Position numbers and translations under genes: made by a program. This document shows, one piece after another, positions 1-10,540 of a stretch of DNA of 64,000 bases; positions within the stretch are counted from its first letter, which is position 1; each line of letters starts with the position of its first letter. The DNA is from Squalus acanthias (lineage: Eukaryota). The notes beneath the pieces are model-generated. The model made no database searches. It saw only the letters and a program-made list of their open reading frames with translations, and was not told where the DNA came from. The stretch spans positions 16,990,001 through 17,054,000 of the forward strand of contig CM059432.1 of assembly GCA_030390025.1 (NCBI GenBank), written 5' to 3'.

Positions 1-149
1 CCACCTCATTGTCTTAGCTGTATTTTGCTGTGTCTTTGATGTAATGCCTTCCTGACTGGCCTGATTGTATCTCTGCCGAGCTGTGATGGAGGGCAGTCAG
101 AAGGATTTACTGTAGTCGTCTGACATTGTACGCTACACATTGTTCTCTG

Positions 150-270
150 TCTATATATGCTGTGCCGATTTGTATTTCTTCACTTCACCTGACGAAGGAG
201 CAGCGCTCCGAAAGCTCGTGATTTCAAATAAAACTGTTGGACTATAACCTGGTGTTGTGCGACTTCTCAT
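150..270 (+). mobile_element. Penelope-like element terminal remnant
   Basis: cctgacgaaggagcagcgctccgaaagc...aataaaactgttggactataacctggtgttg resembles the CTGA..GA/GAAA hammerhead-like end typical of Penelope-like elements; recognised by eye. Confidence 0.55.
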
Positions 271-971
271 TTTTGACAAATATGAAATTTCGGATCAAAA
301 GTTCTTACATATAACAAGGCACGAGGAGCTAAAAAATATTGTTTAGTTCTCCACTTTTCAAGTACAATAGAATATTCTTACAATGTGTGCATGTAGATAA
401 AAGAGTTACATATAATAGGATGTTCAACGGGCAACTAAACCAATGTTGTCCACCAGAAAATGCTGACGAGCCACAGGTGTGGTTACAGCAACACCGTTTT
501 AGCCACATGTATTAATTTTAGCAGAAAATGCCTCACATAAACTCACACAATGCAGGTAAATGTACTTCACGTGTATATTTACTTATCAAACATCTACCAC
601 CATTCACTCACCAAGGAAGCAAAGCACTCACAACGATCAAAAAACACTTGCAAACTCTGCTTTTAATCAAACCATTTTACCAACTAATGTACAAAAAGTT
701 TAAAGTACACATGTATACACCATGTGAATATGAGTATTGATATCAATCACGTGCCCATGTATGGTATCTATTACTTAATGTTATTTACTAATCAGAAATG
801 CAATTATCCACATCTGGATTCCCAATTAGCCATATGTGGGTAGTAGCTATTATAGTGGACTACACTATGTGAGGACTGAAACTGTTAATTAATAACTTTC
901 ATACGTTACATCATTACCAAGTTTACTTACATTAGGATTTGTAGTTAGCTGAACCATTTAATGCCATTTAA

Positions 972-1770
972 CAACAACAACTTGCATTTATATAGCGCCT
1001 TTAACAGAGTAAAACGTCCCAAGGCGCATCACAAGAGCGTTATCAAACAAAATTTGACACCGAGTCACATAAGGGGATATTAGGGCAAAAAGAGGAAAGT
1101 TTTAAGCAGTGTCTTAAAGGAGGAAAGAGAAGTAGAGGCAGAGGTTTAGGGAGGGAATTCCAGAGCTTGGCAACTGAAGGCATAGCTGCAAATGGTGAAG
1201 CGATTAAAATTGGTGATGCTCAAGAAGCCAGAATTGGAGCGCACATATCTCAAAGGGCTGGAGGGGATTACAGAGATAGGGGGGCAAGGCCATGGCGGGA
1301 TTTGAAAACAAGGGCAAGAATTTTAAAATCGAGGCGTTGCTTAACTGGAAGCCAGTGTAGGTCAGCGAACACAGGGGTGATAGGTGATTGTGTCTTGGTG
1401 CAAGTTAGGGACACAGGCAGCACAGTTTTGGATGAGCTTAAGTTTATGGAGGGTGGAAGATGGGAGGCTGGCCAGTAGTGCATTGTAATAGTCAAGTCTA
1501 GAGGTAACAAAAACACGTATGAGGGTTTCAGCAGCCAATGAGCTGAGGCAGGGGCGATGTTACTGAGGTGGAAATATGAGGTCTTAGTGATGGCATGGAT
1601 ATGTGGTTGGAAGCTCATCTCAGGGTCAAATACGACACCAAGGTTGCGAACAGTCTGGTTCAGCCTCAGGGAGAGAGATAGAGTCGGTGGCTAGGGAACG
1701 GAGTTTGTAACGAGGACCGAAGACAATGGCTTTGGTCTTCCCAATATTTAGTTGGAGGAAATTTCTACTC
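972..1770 (-). mobile_element. L2-clade LINE 3' fragment
   Basis: Minus-strand ORFs HIHAITKTSYFHLSNI, LHWLPVKQRLDFKIL and WMSRNFLQLNIGKTKAIVF; (caa)n tail at 972. Confidence 0.85.
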
Positions 1771-1809
1771 ATCCAGTACTCCTTACCATCTTCAGCAAAG
1801 CTTAATCTT

Positions 1810-2053
1810 CTGACATCCGCAAACAATGCACTTTCCAGGAACGGTCACTGGTCAGTGATCAGAAGTGAGCATTGTGGCTGTTTCCCCCCTCCGCCACCAA
1901 CTCACTAGCCCAGGAATGCTGAGACCAATTGGAATAACCATATTCATGCCTCAGCTGAGTTGAGCTAATTCAGCACAGATAGTGTGGTCAAGTCTCATTT
2001 GTTTAGCTCAGTTTACCAGGCAGTGCATTTACCAACTGAGCCATCTGAGGAGC
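1810..2053 (-). mobile_element. Old tRNA-derived SINE, degenerate
   Basis: Minus strand starts gctcctcagatggctcagttggtaaa (A-box-like head); body decayed. Confidence 0.45.
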
Positions 2054-2854
2054 GAACATGTAATAAAATTTGCAACAGAGTTTGAATTCACGGATGGAAA
2101 ATGGAGCAGGGTGTAGTTTTCACATATGTGCATGGAAACAGTATTTTTTTTTTTCATTTCTAAAGATGTGTGCAGAAGCAAGCAATTTTGTTTACAAAAT
2201 CACCCTGGTACGAAGAAAGAAATCCTATTGTGTTTTATGGAATGCGCTGCTATGGAGCATCCTGAATACTAATGGAACTGAAGCAGTCAAAAAATGTAAA
2301 TGGGAAGTAAGTGGATTTGAGCTCTGAGCACTGTCCTGAGTTCTTTGCTTCCAATGAACTAAAGCTAAATTTAATTTACAAATAACTAACATATCCTCAT
2401 GTGAATGAAAAATATCAATTTGTTTTTGTGGTCCCTGTAGGTACCTTCAGTTCCTGAATTAATGTATTATTCATGTTAGCTTCTTCCACTCATTTCACTG
2501 TGGTTCATTTTTTCACTTGTGTTACCACTGTAACCATTATCTGTGGCTAATCTCAGTTTCCTCTGTCAAAAGACTTACCACAAACTTCCGTTGTGGAGTC
2601 ATGAAAGGAAACTATTATCTTTGCTGGCCTTTCCAGGCGGATACAATGTGGTTACAATGCACGTATTTATTAAAAAAGAATTATAATATGTAAGGCGGCT
2701 GAAAGTTACCTTTCCATACAAATATAACTTTTAAAGAAATAACATTCTGATAATTTCTAAGTACACAAATAAGTAAGATACAGAGAAATGCTTCACTCTT
2801 CTCTTGATTGACTTCCCCCTCCCTACCTCAAAAGGCAGAGTCAAGAGTTGCACC

Positions 2855-4085
2855 TCAACCACATATCCGCAGCATAACAAAGATCGCCTACTTCCACCTC
2901 CGTAACATCGCCCGTCTCCGCCCTTGCCTCAGCTCATTCACTGCTGAAACCCTCATTCAACCCAAACCCTTTGTTACCTCTAGATTTGACTATTCCAATG
3001 CACTCCTGGCTGGCCTCCCACATTCCACCCTACGTAAACATGAGGTCATCCAAAACTCGGCTGCCCGTGTCCTAACCCGCACCAAGTCCCGTTCGCCCAT
3101 CACCCGTGCTCACTGACCTACATTGGCTCCCGGTTAAGCAGCGCCTCGATTTCAAAATTCTCATCCTTGTTTTCAAATCCCTCCATGGCCTCGCCCCTTC
3201 CTATCTCTGTAATCTCCTTCAGCCCCACAACCCCCCCCCCCCGAGATATCTGCACTCCTCTAATTCTTCCCTCTTGAGCATTCCTGATTATAATCACCCA
3301 ACCTTTGGTGATCGTACCTTCTGTTGCCTAGGCCCTAAGCTTTGGAATTCCCTGCCTAAATCTCTCCGCCTCTCTACCTCTTTCCTCCTTTAAGACGTTC
3401 CTTAAAACCTACCTCTTTGGCCAAGCTTTTGGTCACCTGCCCTAATTTATCCTTATGTGGATCAGTGTCAAACACTGTTCCACGGAAGCTCAGCGTAAGC
3501 TCGAGGAACAGCACCTCATCTTTCGTTTAGGCACGCTACAGCCCTCTGGACTCAATATCGAGTTCAACAATTTTAGATCATAACCTCAGCTCCAATCACA
3601 TTTATATTTTATTTTATCCACCCTTTTATTTGTCCCCCCCACCTTTTTTTTCCTCCTAGAAGCTGGCAGCTGTCCTTCATTCTGCCAGTAGATTTCACAC
3701 TTCATTCAGCCTTAATCTGTCACATTAACACCACCTCTAGCTCTTAATGTCTCTTAATGTCTCTTCATCTCCTCTTTTGTTCCTTTATCCCCTCCCCCTT
3801 TTCCCAGCTTTACTCTGGCCTTAAATCTATTTGATTTCCAGCTCTTCCCAGTTCTGATGAAAGGTCATCGACCTGAAACGTCAACTCTCTTTCTCTCTCC
3901 ACGGATGCTGCCTGGCCTGCTGAGTTTTTCCAGCGTTTTCTGTTGTTATTTCGGATTTCCAGCATCTGCAGTATTTTGCTATCGTATCAGTGTCAAATTT
4001 GTTGTCTTAAAATACTCCTGTGCAGCGCCTTGGGATGTTTTACTACGTTAAAGGCGCTATATAAATACAAATTGTTGTTGTTATG
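2855..4085 (+). mobile_element. L2-clade LINE 3' fragment, interrupted by a Penelope insertion
   Basis: ORFs AYFHLRNIARLRP...SRFDYSNALLAG and LHWLPVKQRLDFKIL; tail ggcgctatataaat...ttgttgttg resumes after 3986. Confidence 0.85.
3473..3985 (+). mobile_element. Penelope-like element 3' fragment with 12-bp TSD
   Basis: EAQRKLEEQHLIFRLGTLQPSGLN matches a GIY-YIG endonuclease C-terminus; ctgatgaaagg...ctgaaacg motif; flanking direct repeat ATCAGTGTCAAA at 3461-3472 and 3986-3997. Confidence 0.75.
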
Positions 4086-5482
4086 CTGCAGGCATTATAA
4101 TTTGGCATTTATACAGTCCCCTCAAGATTTCTTACAAAAAATTCTAATCTCATGGTTGCAAAAATTTGTTTCAAAGTCTAATCTAATTGCAGTGTTAAGC
4201 AGCTAACAGAATAGTTGAATTTTTGCCACCTATGCTTGGCATTTTTGTGCTACAATAGGTTATTTTACATAATGTATGTACATAACATCTAGTTAAAAGC
4301 TGATCCAAATGGTACTAAGCATGCTGATTAGCTCAAATTTCACATTCCCGAAAAAGCTACCAATCAAAAAGTATTTAAATACTTATTCACTATCTGCAAA
4401 AAAAAAATCCCAATGAAATGGAACCACTCCTTGCCCGGAATGTTTTCCAAGTCCTTTGATTTGTTGGCCCCTCATTATAAGAGCTTGAATATCTACATTC
4501 CGACTCCTCTGAACTCGAGGCATCCTGAGTTTCCAGGGTCAGACCATTTAAATAATTCAGACGCACATCCGTGATTGTACATTGGTACAACGTGGGGAGA
4601 AGTGGAACTCGAATGCAGTACTGGAAAACTGCCTGTGAGTGCTAAGGCTGCAACGCAAGTTTTTAAATGTTGGCATCGATGAGATCCGCCCCTGTATCAG
4701 GGCACCGACTGAAATTTGGCTTCCTTTAACATCCGGACGTCCCAGCCTTGAACACTCCCGAGGATCCTAGCTCTGCCTCTGCATTGTACTGAACGCACAG
4801 TACGATTGGGCCAGAGAAAGCAAGAGCAGCAGGATATCCGGATGCTGCTCCTCCTCTACCTTTAACGCCAGCCCTCCATGTGGCGGATGGAAGTTCTGAC
4901 CTCGCACTCCCGCAGCAGGAATTCCCTGTGCATCATCTTCAGGCCGGAGACCCATTGCATGCAGGTTTCTTAGCCCCGCAGTAGCTGTACGCCTGACTTC
5001 CACCCCAGGAATGATGCTGGCCTTGAGCAAATTCGGGACCCATATCTCTAAAATAAAATTAATAACATTCCAACGACAAGAAAAATCAACATTTTATTTT
5101 AAAAAAACCACACACAAACGCCCGTCTTATAACTTATAGCAGTTTTCGCCTGCGCAGAACTACCGCTCTTGGGCTTTGTGTTTGCCGTCTGCTTCAGTCC
5201 CAGATCTTGGATTATTAAGGTGGGCGTTGAGTTCCGGTATTTTTCATGCTTCTCGGTGTCTGCAACATTACAGGCTTCTCACATTGACAACAGTTTGACT
5301 TCTGGAAACAAAATTGGGACGTCTAGTGACCGAGCCTAGTAATTTTCCTTTCCCCAAGGTGGAGCACTCGGGTTATATTTCATCTGATGAAGTGAATTAA
5401 GATTGAGAGATAGTCGAAACTACATCTGAAATGGGCTGCGCCTTTGACAAACGAATATAGTTGTCTGCAGACTGAGACTACT

Positions 5483-5501
5483 TGTCACCCTCTAGTGGCG
5501 G
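5483..5501 (-). promoter_or_regulatory. Candidate CTCF site
   Basis: Minus strand CCGCCACTAGAGGGTGACA is close to the CTCF core CCACTAGRGGGC; lies in non-repeat sequence. Confidence 0.4.
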
Positions 5502-6473
5502 CTGGCAACAGCGCAATAATGTTACCATGCATACAAAGAAATAGAATGGCAGTGAGCCCAATTATTCTTTCTTTCATTGTCATTTCTTGCCCTCTGACTT
5601 TTTAAAGGAGTGGTATGCCTTAATTAAAATTGGTAGCTAAATGTTTGCACTGATTTCAAGGGCAGACCACTGTACAGTAAAACTAAAATCACATTTCAGT
5701 AATTTTGGCTTTAAAATGTTTTTTTTGTTCCTTATTCTTTATCTGTCAACAAGTTTGCCAGGGCTGACACTTGTGATTTTCAGCTCATTGGGAGTGGTCA
5801 GACTGATGCCCATTATACCACATTTTCCTCGTTTGGGATATATGCTTATAAAAACCCTTACTATATACTTCCCTTTTAAGTTTCAGTTTAAGTTTAATCT
5901 CTATTTATCCATGGAATTTGTATCATTCGATGTACCTCTTTTTCACCTTATATAATATATCTTATTCCAAGCTCGATCCAGCCCATTTCTGAGGATTTCC
6001 CCACTGCTCATCTGTCAATTTGTAATAATAGGAGTGTTCTGCTATGTAATCCTCTATATATTATCAGGACCACTGATTTACAGTGACTGAGTAAGTCAAA
6101 TTGCATTTTTATGACGCAGGTTTTTACTAATATTTTTGGGATTAAATTCTGCAATCCTGTCCATCTCTCTGTGAAAACTACAAATTACCGGCTTTGATTA
6201 TTTCTATATATTCCTTAATATATGTGCTCAATTTTTTTCTCATCTTTTTTAAGCCCAGAATAAACAGCAAGATGGTAGTCAACAAGTACTTAGCTGGAGG
6301 TAGGCACCTATTTAGCAGCACTTGAAACGTTGTTGCTGACAAAAGTTCCAAAATTCCCTTCTCCTGTTTTCCCTTACTTACATTGCTATATTAATTTAAA
6401 TGTTTTCAATCTAAAAGTTTAAAAAAACACAGCTGTCCATAATTATCCTTTATCTTTGTGAAACGTCTAAAAG

Positions 6474-6680
6474 AAAGAAAAAGAAAGACTTGCATTTGTA
6501 TAGCGCCTTTCACGACCACCGGATGTCCCAAAGCGCTTTACAGCCAATGAAGTACTTTTTTGAAGTGTAGTCACTGTTGTAATGTAGGAAACACGGCAGC
6601 CGATTTGCGCACAGCAAGCTCCCACAAACAGCAATGTGATAATGACCAGATAATCTGTTTTTTAGTGATGTTGATTGATC
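6474..6680 (-). mobile_element. Deu-domain SINE, 3' half
   Basis: Reverse complement of the 3' half of the SINE at 7584-8045. Confidence 0.8.
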
Positions 6681-7583
6681 TACCTGAAAAGATTTCAGTT
6701 TGTTGGAGGAAACAACGAGCTGGAGCATGACTTTTTGAGTCAACATTTCACAGGAAAACTATTTTCAAGTGCCCAATTTTTAATCTTTGCCTCTTGCTCT
6801 CGTTCTCTCTGGTGCTTTCCCTTTGTCACTCATGCTTATTTAGATTATTTATAAATGAAACACCAAATAGATCCAGGACCAGTGTGCAATCTATATTCTG
6901 ACAAGTAAACAGTGAATGCTGTTATCTGAGTAAAACTTTTCAAATTTGTTCTAGCTTTTTTATCATACCTTACCAAGAATGCATGCCTCACAGTTTGAGA
7001 ACTGCTACCCTGGAGGATTGATCAATATGCAAATTGTCCAGCTGCAACGAGAAATGTTTTTAAATTGGTTTGCATTATTGAATCTGAATGCCTATTGGTT
7101 GTTAGACTTTTATTGACAGTGGACCCATTACAAATGTATGCATTGTAGTCAAATTATGCCGAAGTTAAATAATAAGGAATTCGCATGTGCTTGCGTTATT
7201 CTTTGAAAAGGTTGTATTTTGGTTTATATTACTATTTTCCTTCATACTTCGGGATTGTTGTAGCTGACTATGTTGTGTTTAGTTTTCTAAAAGTATGTTG
7301 GATTTACTGAATTAGTAATTCTTTTGGACAACTGAATAACCTGAACTCAGCCGTTAGTCTGACTGTTGGTCTATCAGTACCTGGGTGATGGTCAAGATAA
7401 GTAGAAAACAAATCACCAGGTGATGATGCAAATTGGCAAAACAAGAAATGGGATGGATTTTGCAGTCAGAAAGTACAAGAACTTCAAAGAGGATCTGACA
7501 CTTTTTTTTCAATACAATTGCAGCATAACTATGCATGCACTGTTTGTCCAGCTTTGGCTCACATTTAGATGCCCTAAATGTCA

Positions 7584-8045
7584 GTGTCAGCTGTGGCTCA
7601 GTTGGTAGCACACTCGCCTCTGAGTCAGAAGGTTGTGGGTTCAAGCCCCACTCCAGGGACTTGAGCACATAAACCTAGGCTGACACTCAGTACAGTGCTG
7701 AGGGGGTGCTGCCCTGTCGGAGGTGCCGTCTTTCGGATGAGACGTTAAACCGAGGCCCCGTCTGCTCTCTCAGGTGGACGTAGAAGATCCCATGGCACTA
7801 TTTCGAAGAAGAGCAGGGGAGTTATCCCCGGTGTCCTGGCCAAATATTTATTTCTCAACCAACAGATTATCTGGTCATTATCACATTGCTGTTTGTGGCA
7901 GCTTGCTGTGCGCAAATTGGCTGCTGCGTTTCCCACATTACAACAGTGACTCCACTTCAAAAGTACTTCATTGGCTGTAAAGCGCTTTGAGACATCCGGT
8001 GGTCATGAAAGGCGCTATATAAATGCAAGTCTTTCTTTTCTTTCT
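7584..8045 (+). mobile_element. Full-length tRNA-derived Deu-domain SINE (SacSINE1-like)
   Basis: A box TGGCTCAGTTGG, B box GGTTCAAGCC, central gatcccatggcactatttcgaagaagagcagggg core, L2-like tail ggcgctatataaatgcaagtctttc. Confidence 0.85.
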
Positions 8046-9601
8046 AAATAGGTCAAGCTGAGTTAGGTGCTCACAAATGGTGATGCAGTTACTGCATTAG
8101 TAAGAAACTGCAGCTACATTTTAGGCACATGGGATTAGAACAATTGTTCATGTGGAGGATAAGCACCAAAACAGGCTGGTTGGACCTGTATTGTAACTTC
8201 CATGTAATTCTATACAAAGGTACAATATAAGATTATTCTATTTCTGCCATCAAGTGGTTGGAAGTGGTTATGACAAGATAATAGTAATTTTAGGCTCCAC
8301 TTAAAATTACAATGCGAAGTAATTCTATTTGGGAACATGTAATTTGTTAAGTCATCTGCTGGAAGAACATGATTTAGGCCTCATGGATCAGTTTGCCATT
8401 TTGGTGATGCACTCCACTTACCTCGCCCTGAAGCTGCTTGTAACAACAGCATCTAGAAGATCACAGCTACTTAATAGTGGGAAAATGATCAATACATTCT
8501 GGAGCACCTACATGCTTCCCTCCAGGCTGCCCAGGTCAGGGATTACTATTTCCAGGCTCCTATAACCACATTTTCATCGAAATCACTCCTTTTTGATAAC
8601 TCTGGCCTGCTCCACATCTAAAAACATCTTAACGACATCTTCAGATGTCACTTTCTGCGGTACCTCTTGCCTGCTGCATGACACATCTTGTCTGCTTACC
8701 ACCACCACCACCACCACCAACGATTCTGCTCCATTTCTGGGTCTGGCCACTCCATCACTTGGGACTGTACTCAGAATCTGGGCCTATTTTCGGAGCCTGG
8801 GCCTGGTTTGCTTCAGGTCACACACCCCAGCACCTCCAAACCCACATCACCCCATCAGTGCTTCCAGCTCCCTGCCTCAGTACTCCCAGAATCCTTCAGT
8901 ACTCCCAGTTCCCATCTCCCTCTCCAATGCATCTACCTAAGTACTTCCATATCCCAACTCGCTTCATTCTTCCAACACCTCACCTATGCCCCATTGATCC
9001 GACAGCCCAGGTCCCGACTCCCCCGCACTTTGAGCTCTCAAGTGCTCTGAGCACTGGTCTCCTGCCACTGCCCCCACCCCCGCCCACAAGCTCTTCAGTT
9101 CTCCCAGTCTTCATACTTTTCCTTTGAGTGTTCCACCCCACTACCTTGCGAGTTCTTCCATGGCCTGGCACCTCTGCTCCTAGACTTCACACCCTGCCCT
9201 ATGAGTACTCCCCTTGCCCCAGTCTCCCGATGAGTGCTATCACTACCCAGGAACCCTCAATTCCTACTAAACCTAAACTCCAATTTCACCAAGTGTTCCC
9301 AGACCCCAGCACTCCCATATCTCATCTTCTGTAACTACTTCCAATTTCTATCCCTCTCCCCGTTTCCTCCTATACTCCAATTGCAATACATTGCTTTCTT
9401 GCTGCCACAACCCCCCATCCCCACCTGGTCTGATGCACCACCCCACCTTCCCACTTAACTGTCCAAATAACAGCACCTCTCTGACAGCCTCTCCCTGCCC
9501 CCCACATGCAATCTGATATATGTTGCCTTCCATCTTCATGAACACTTTCAGCGTTGAAACAAGCTAACAGACAATTAGTGACCACTTCAGTAAAGGAACA
9601 T

Positions 9602-10162
9602 GTGTCCTTTCCAACTCTGGTGTTAAAGTCGCCAAGGAGGATCAGCTTGTCGCCCATTGGGACTCGGGATTGTTCGAGGCTGGAGTAGAATTCCTCTTTG
9701 GTCTCACCTGTGGCTTCCAGTGTTGGGGCGTACGCACTGAGTTATAGAGTCATAAAGTTATACAGCACAGAAAAGGCCCTTCGGCCCATCGTGTCTGCAC
9801 CGGCCATCAAGCCCTATCTATTCTAATCCCATTTTCCAGCACTTGGTCTGTAGCCTTGAGCTGGCCTTCCCCTGCCCGCCGGGTCTCACTTAGGGCGGCG
9901 ATGTCAATGTCGAAACGTCTGAGCTCCCGGGCAACAATAGCAGTACGGCGTTCCGGTCTGTCACTGTTGGGGTTGTCCATGAGGGTCCTGAATTTCCAGG
10001 TCCCGAACTTCATTTTAAAGGGTGGAAGATGCCTGTGCGTGAATTCTTTTAACGTGGGGTGGCCGTTGCACACCAGCTACCACACGGGCTTGACAGAGTA
10101 AGGTCTTGGTCCAATGGCAAGGGGATCCAAGACGATTGGAGACCAGGCTCTGCTACAACGGC
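9602..10162 (-). pseudogene. RTE 5' UTR and endonuclease N-terminal half (inverted)
   Basis: MKFGTWKFRTLMD...DIAALSETRRAGEGQLK, then SAYAPT...LILLGDFNTRVGKDT (APE motifs). Confidence 0.85.
9741..9855 (-). mobile_element. Short CR1 3' tail replacing part of the RTE endonuclease
   Basis: gatgggccgaagggcc...tgtgctgtataactttatgactctataac, a CR1-type 3' end. Confidence 0.7.
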
Positions 10163-10313
10163 CTTCTCTGCTGCAAGGAGAACAATCGCTTCTCTAGTCT
10201 CGCCACTTAACTGAAGTCTCTCATCCTTGGTACCATTCTAGTAAACCTCCTCTTCTCTAAGGCCTTGGCATCCTTCCTAAGTGCGGAGCAAAGAATTGGA
10301 CACAATACTCCAG
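10163..10313 (-). mobile_element. CR1 ORF2 fragment, putative cryptic exon
   Basis: LEYCVQF.APH, RRFTRMVP and ttgttctccttgcagcagagaag match CR1 ORF2 C-terminal region seen in other copies here. Confidence 0.8.
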
Positions 10314-10540
10314 CTGGAGTCCTTGTGCTCCAGGATCCACTTCCGTGTCTAAAACAGCGATGAGAACCCCCTTGCCATTGTATTCTGGGTACTGGGAGAA
10401 GAAAGACGCAGCGCCGGACTCTTTCTTCGGTAAAAGTGTCATCGAGATGAGCAGCCATGACTCGACTCTTGCTGCCGGCGCTGTCTGTGCCTGAACGGAG
10501 CGCTGCCGTCGCCTCTCGCCCCTCTCTCACTCGCCGCCAG
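10314..10540 (-). pseudogene. TPP2: TPP2 (tripeptidyl peptidase II) 5' UTR plus first coding exon, retrocopied fragment
   Basis: ATG at 10458 (MAAHLDDT), small frameshifting deletion, then [40 protein letters not shown], matching vertebrate TPP2 [42 protein letters not shown]-rich leader 10459-10540. Confidence 0.92.

Noticed and set aside
7584..7660. tRNA genes here, at about 19580-19653 and at 46310-46393
   Set aside because: A/B boxes run directly into SINE or LINE bodies; these are tRNA-derived heads, not cloverleaf tRNA genes
8500..9500. Pro/Ser/His-rich ORFs as a host gene (also 46445-47180)
   Set aside because: Products of C-rich strand skew with overlapping ORFs in all frames and no recognisable domain; probably a very old repeat that I cannot assign
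10314..10540. The real TPP2 gene starting here
   Set aside because: Frameshifting deletion after codon 8, DTG changed to DTE beside the catalytic Asp, no GT donor after the exon, no later exons, and it lies inside a TSD-bounded insertion
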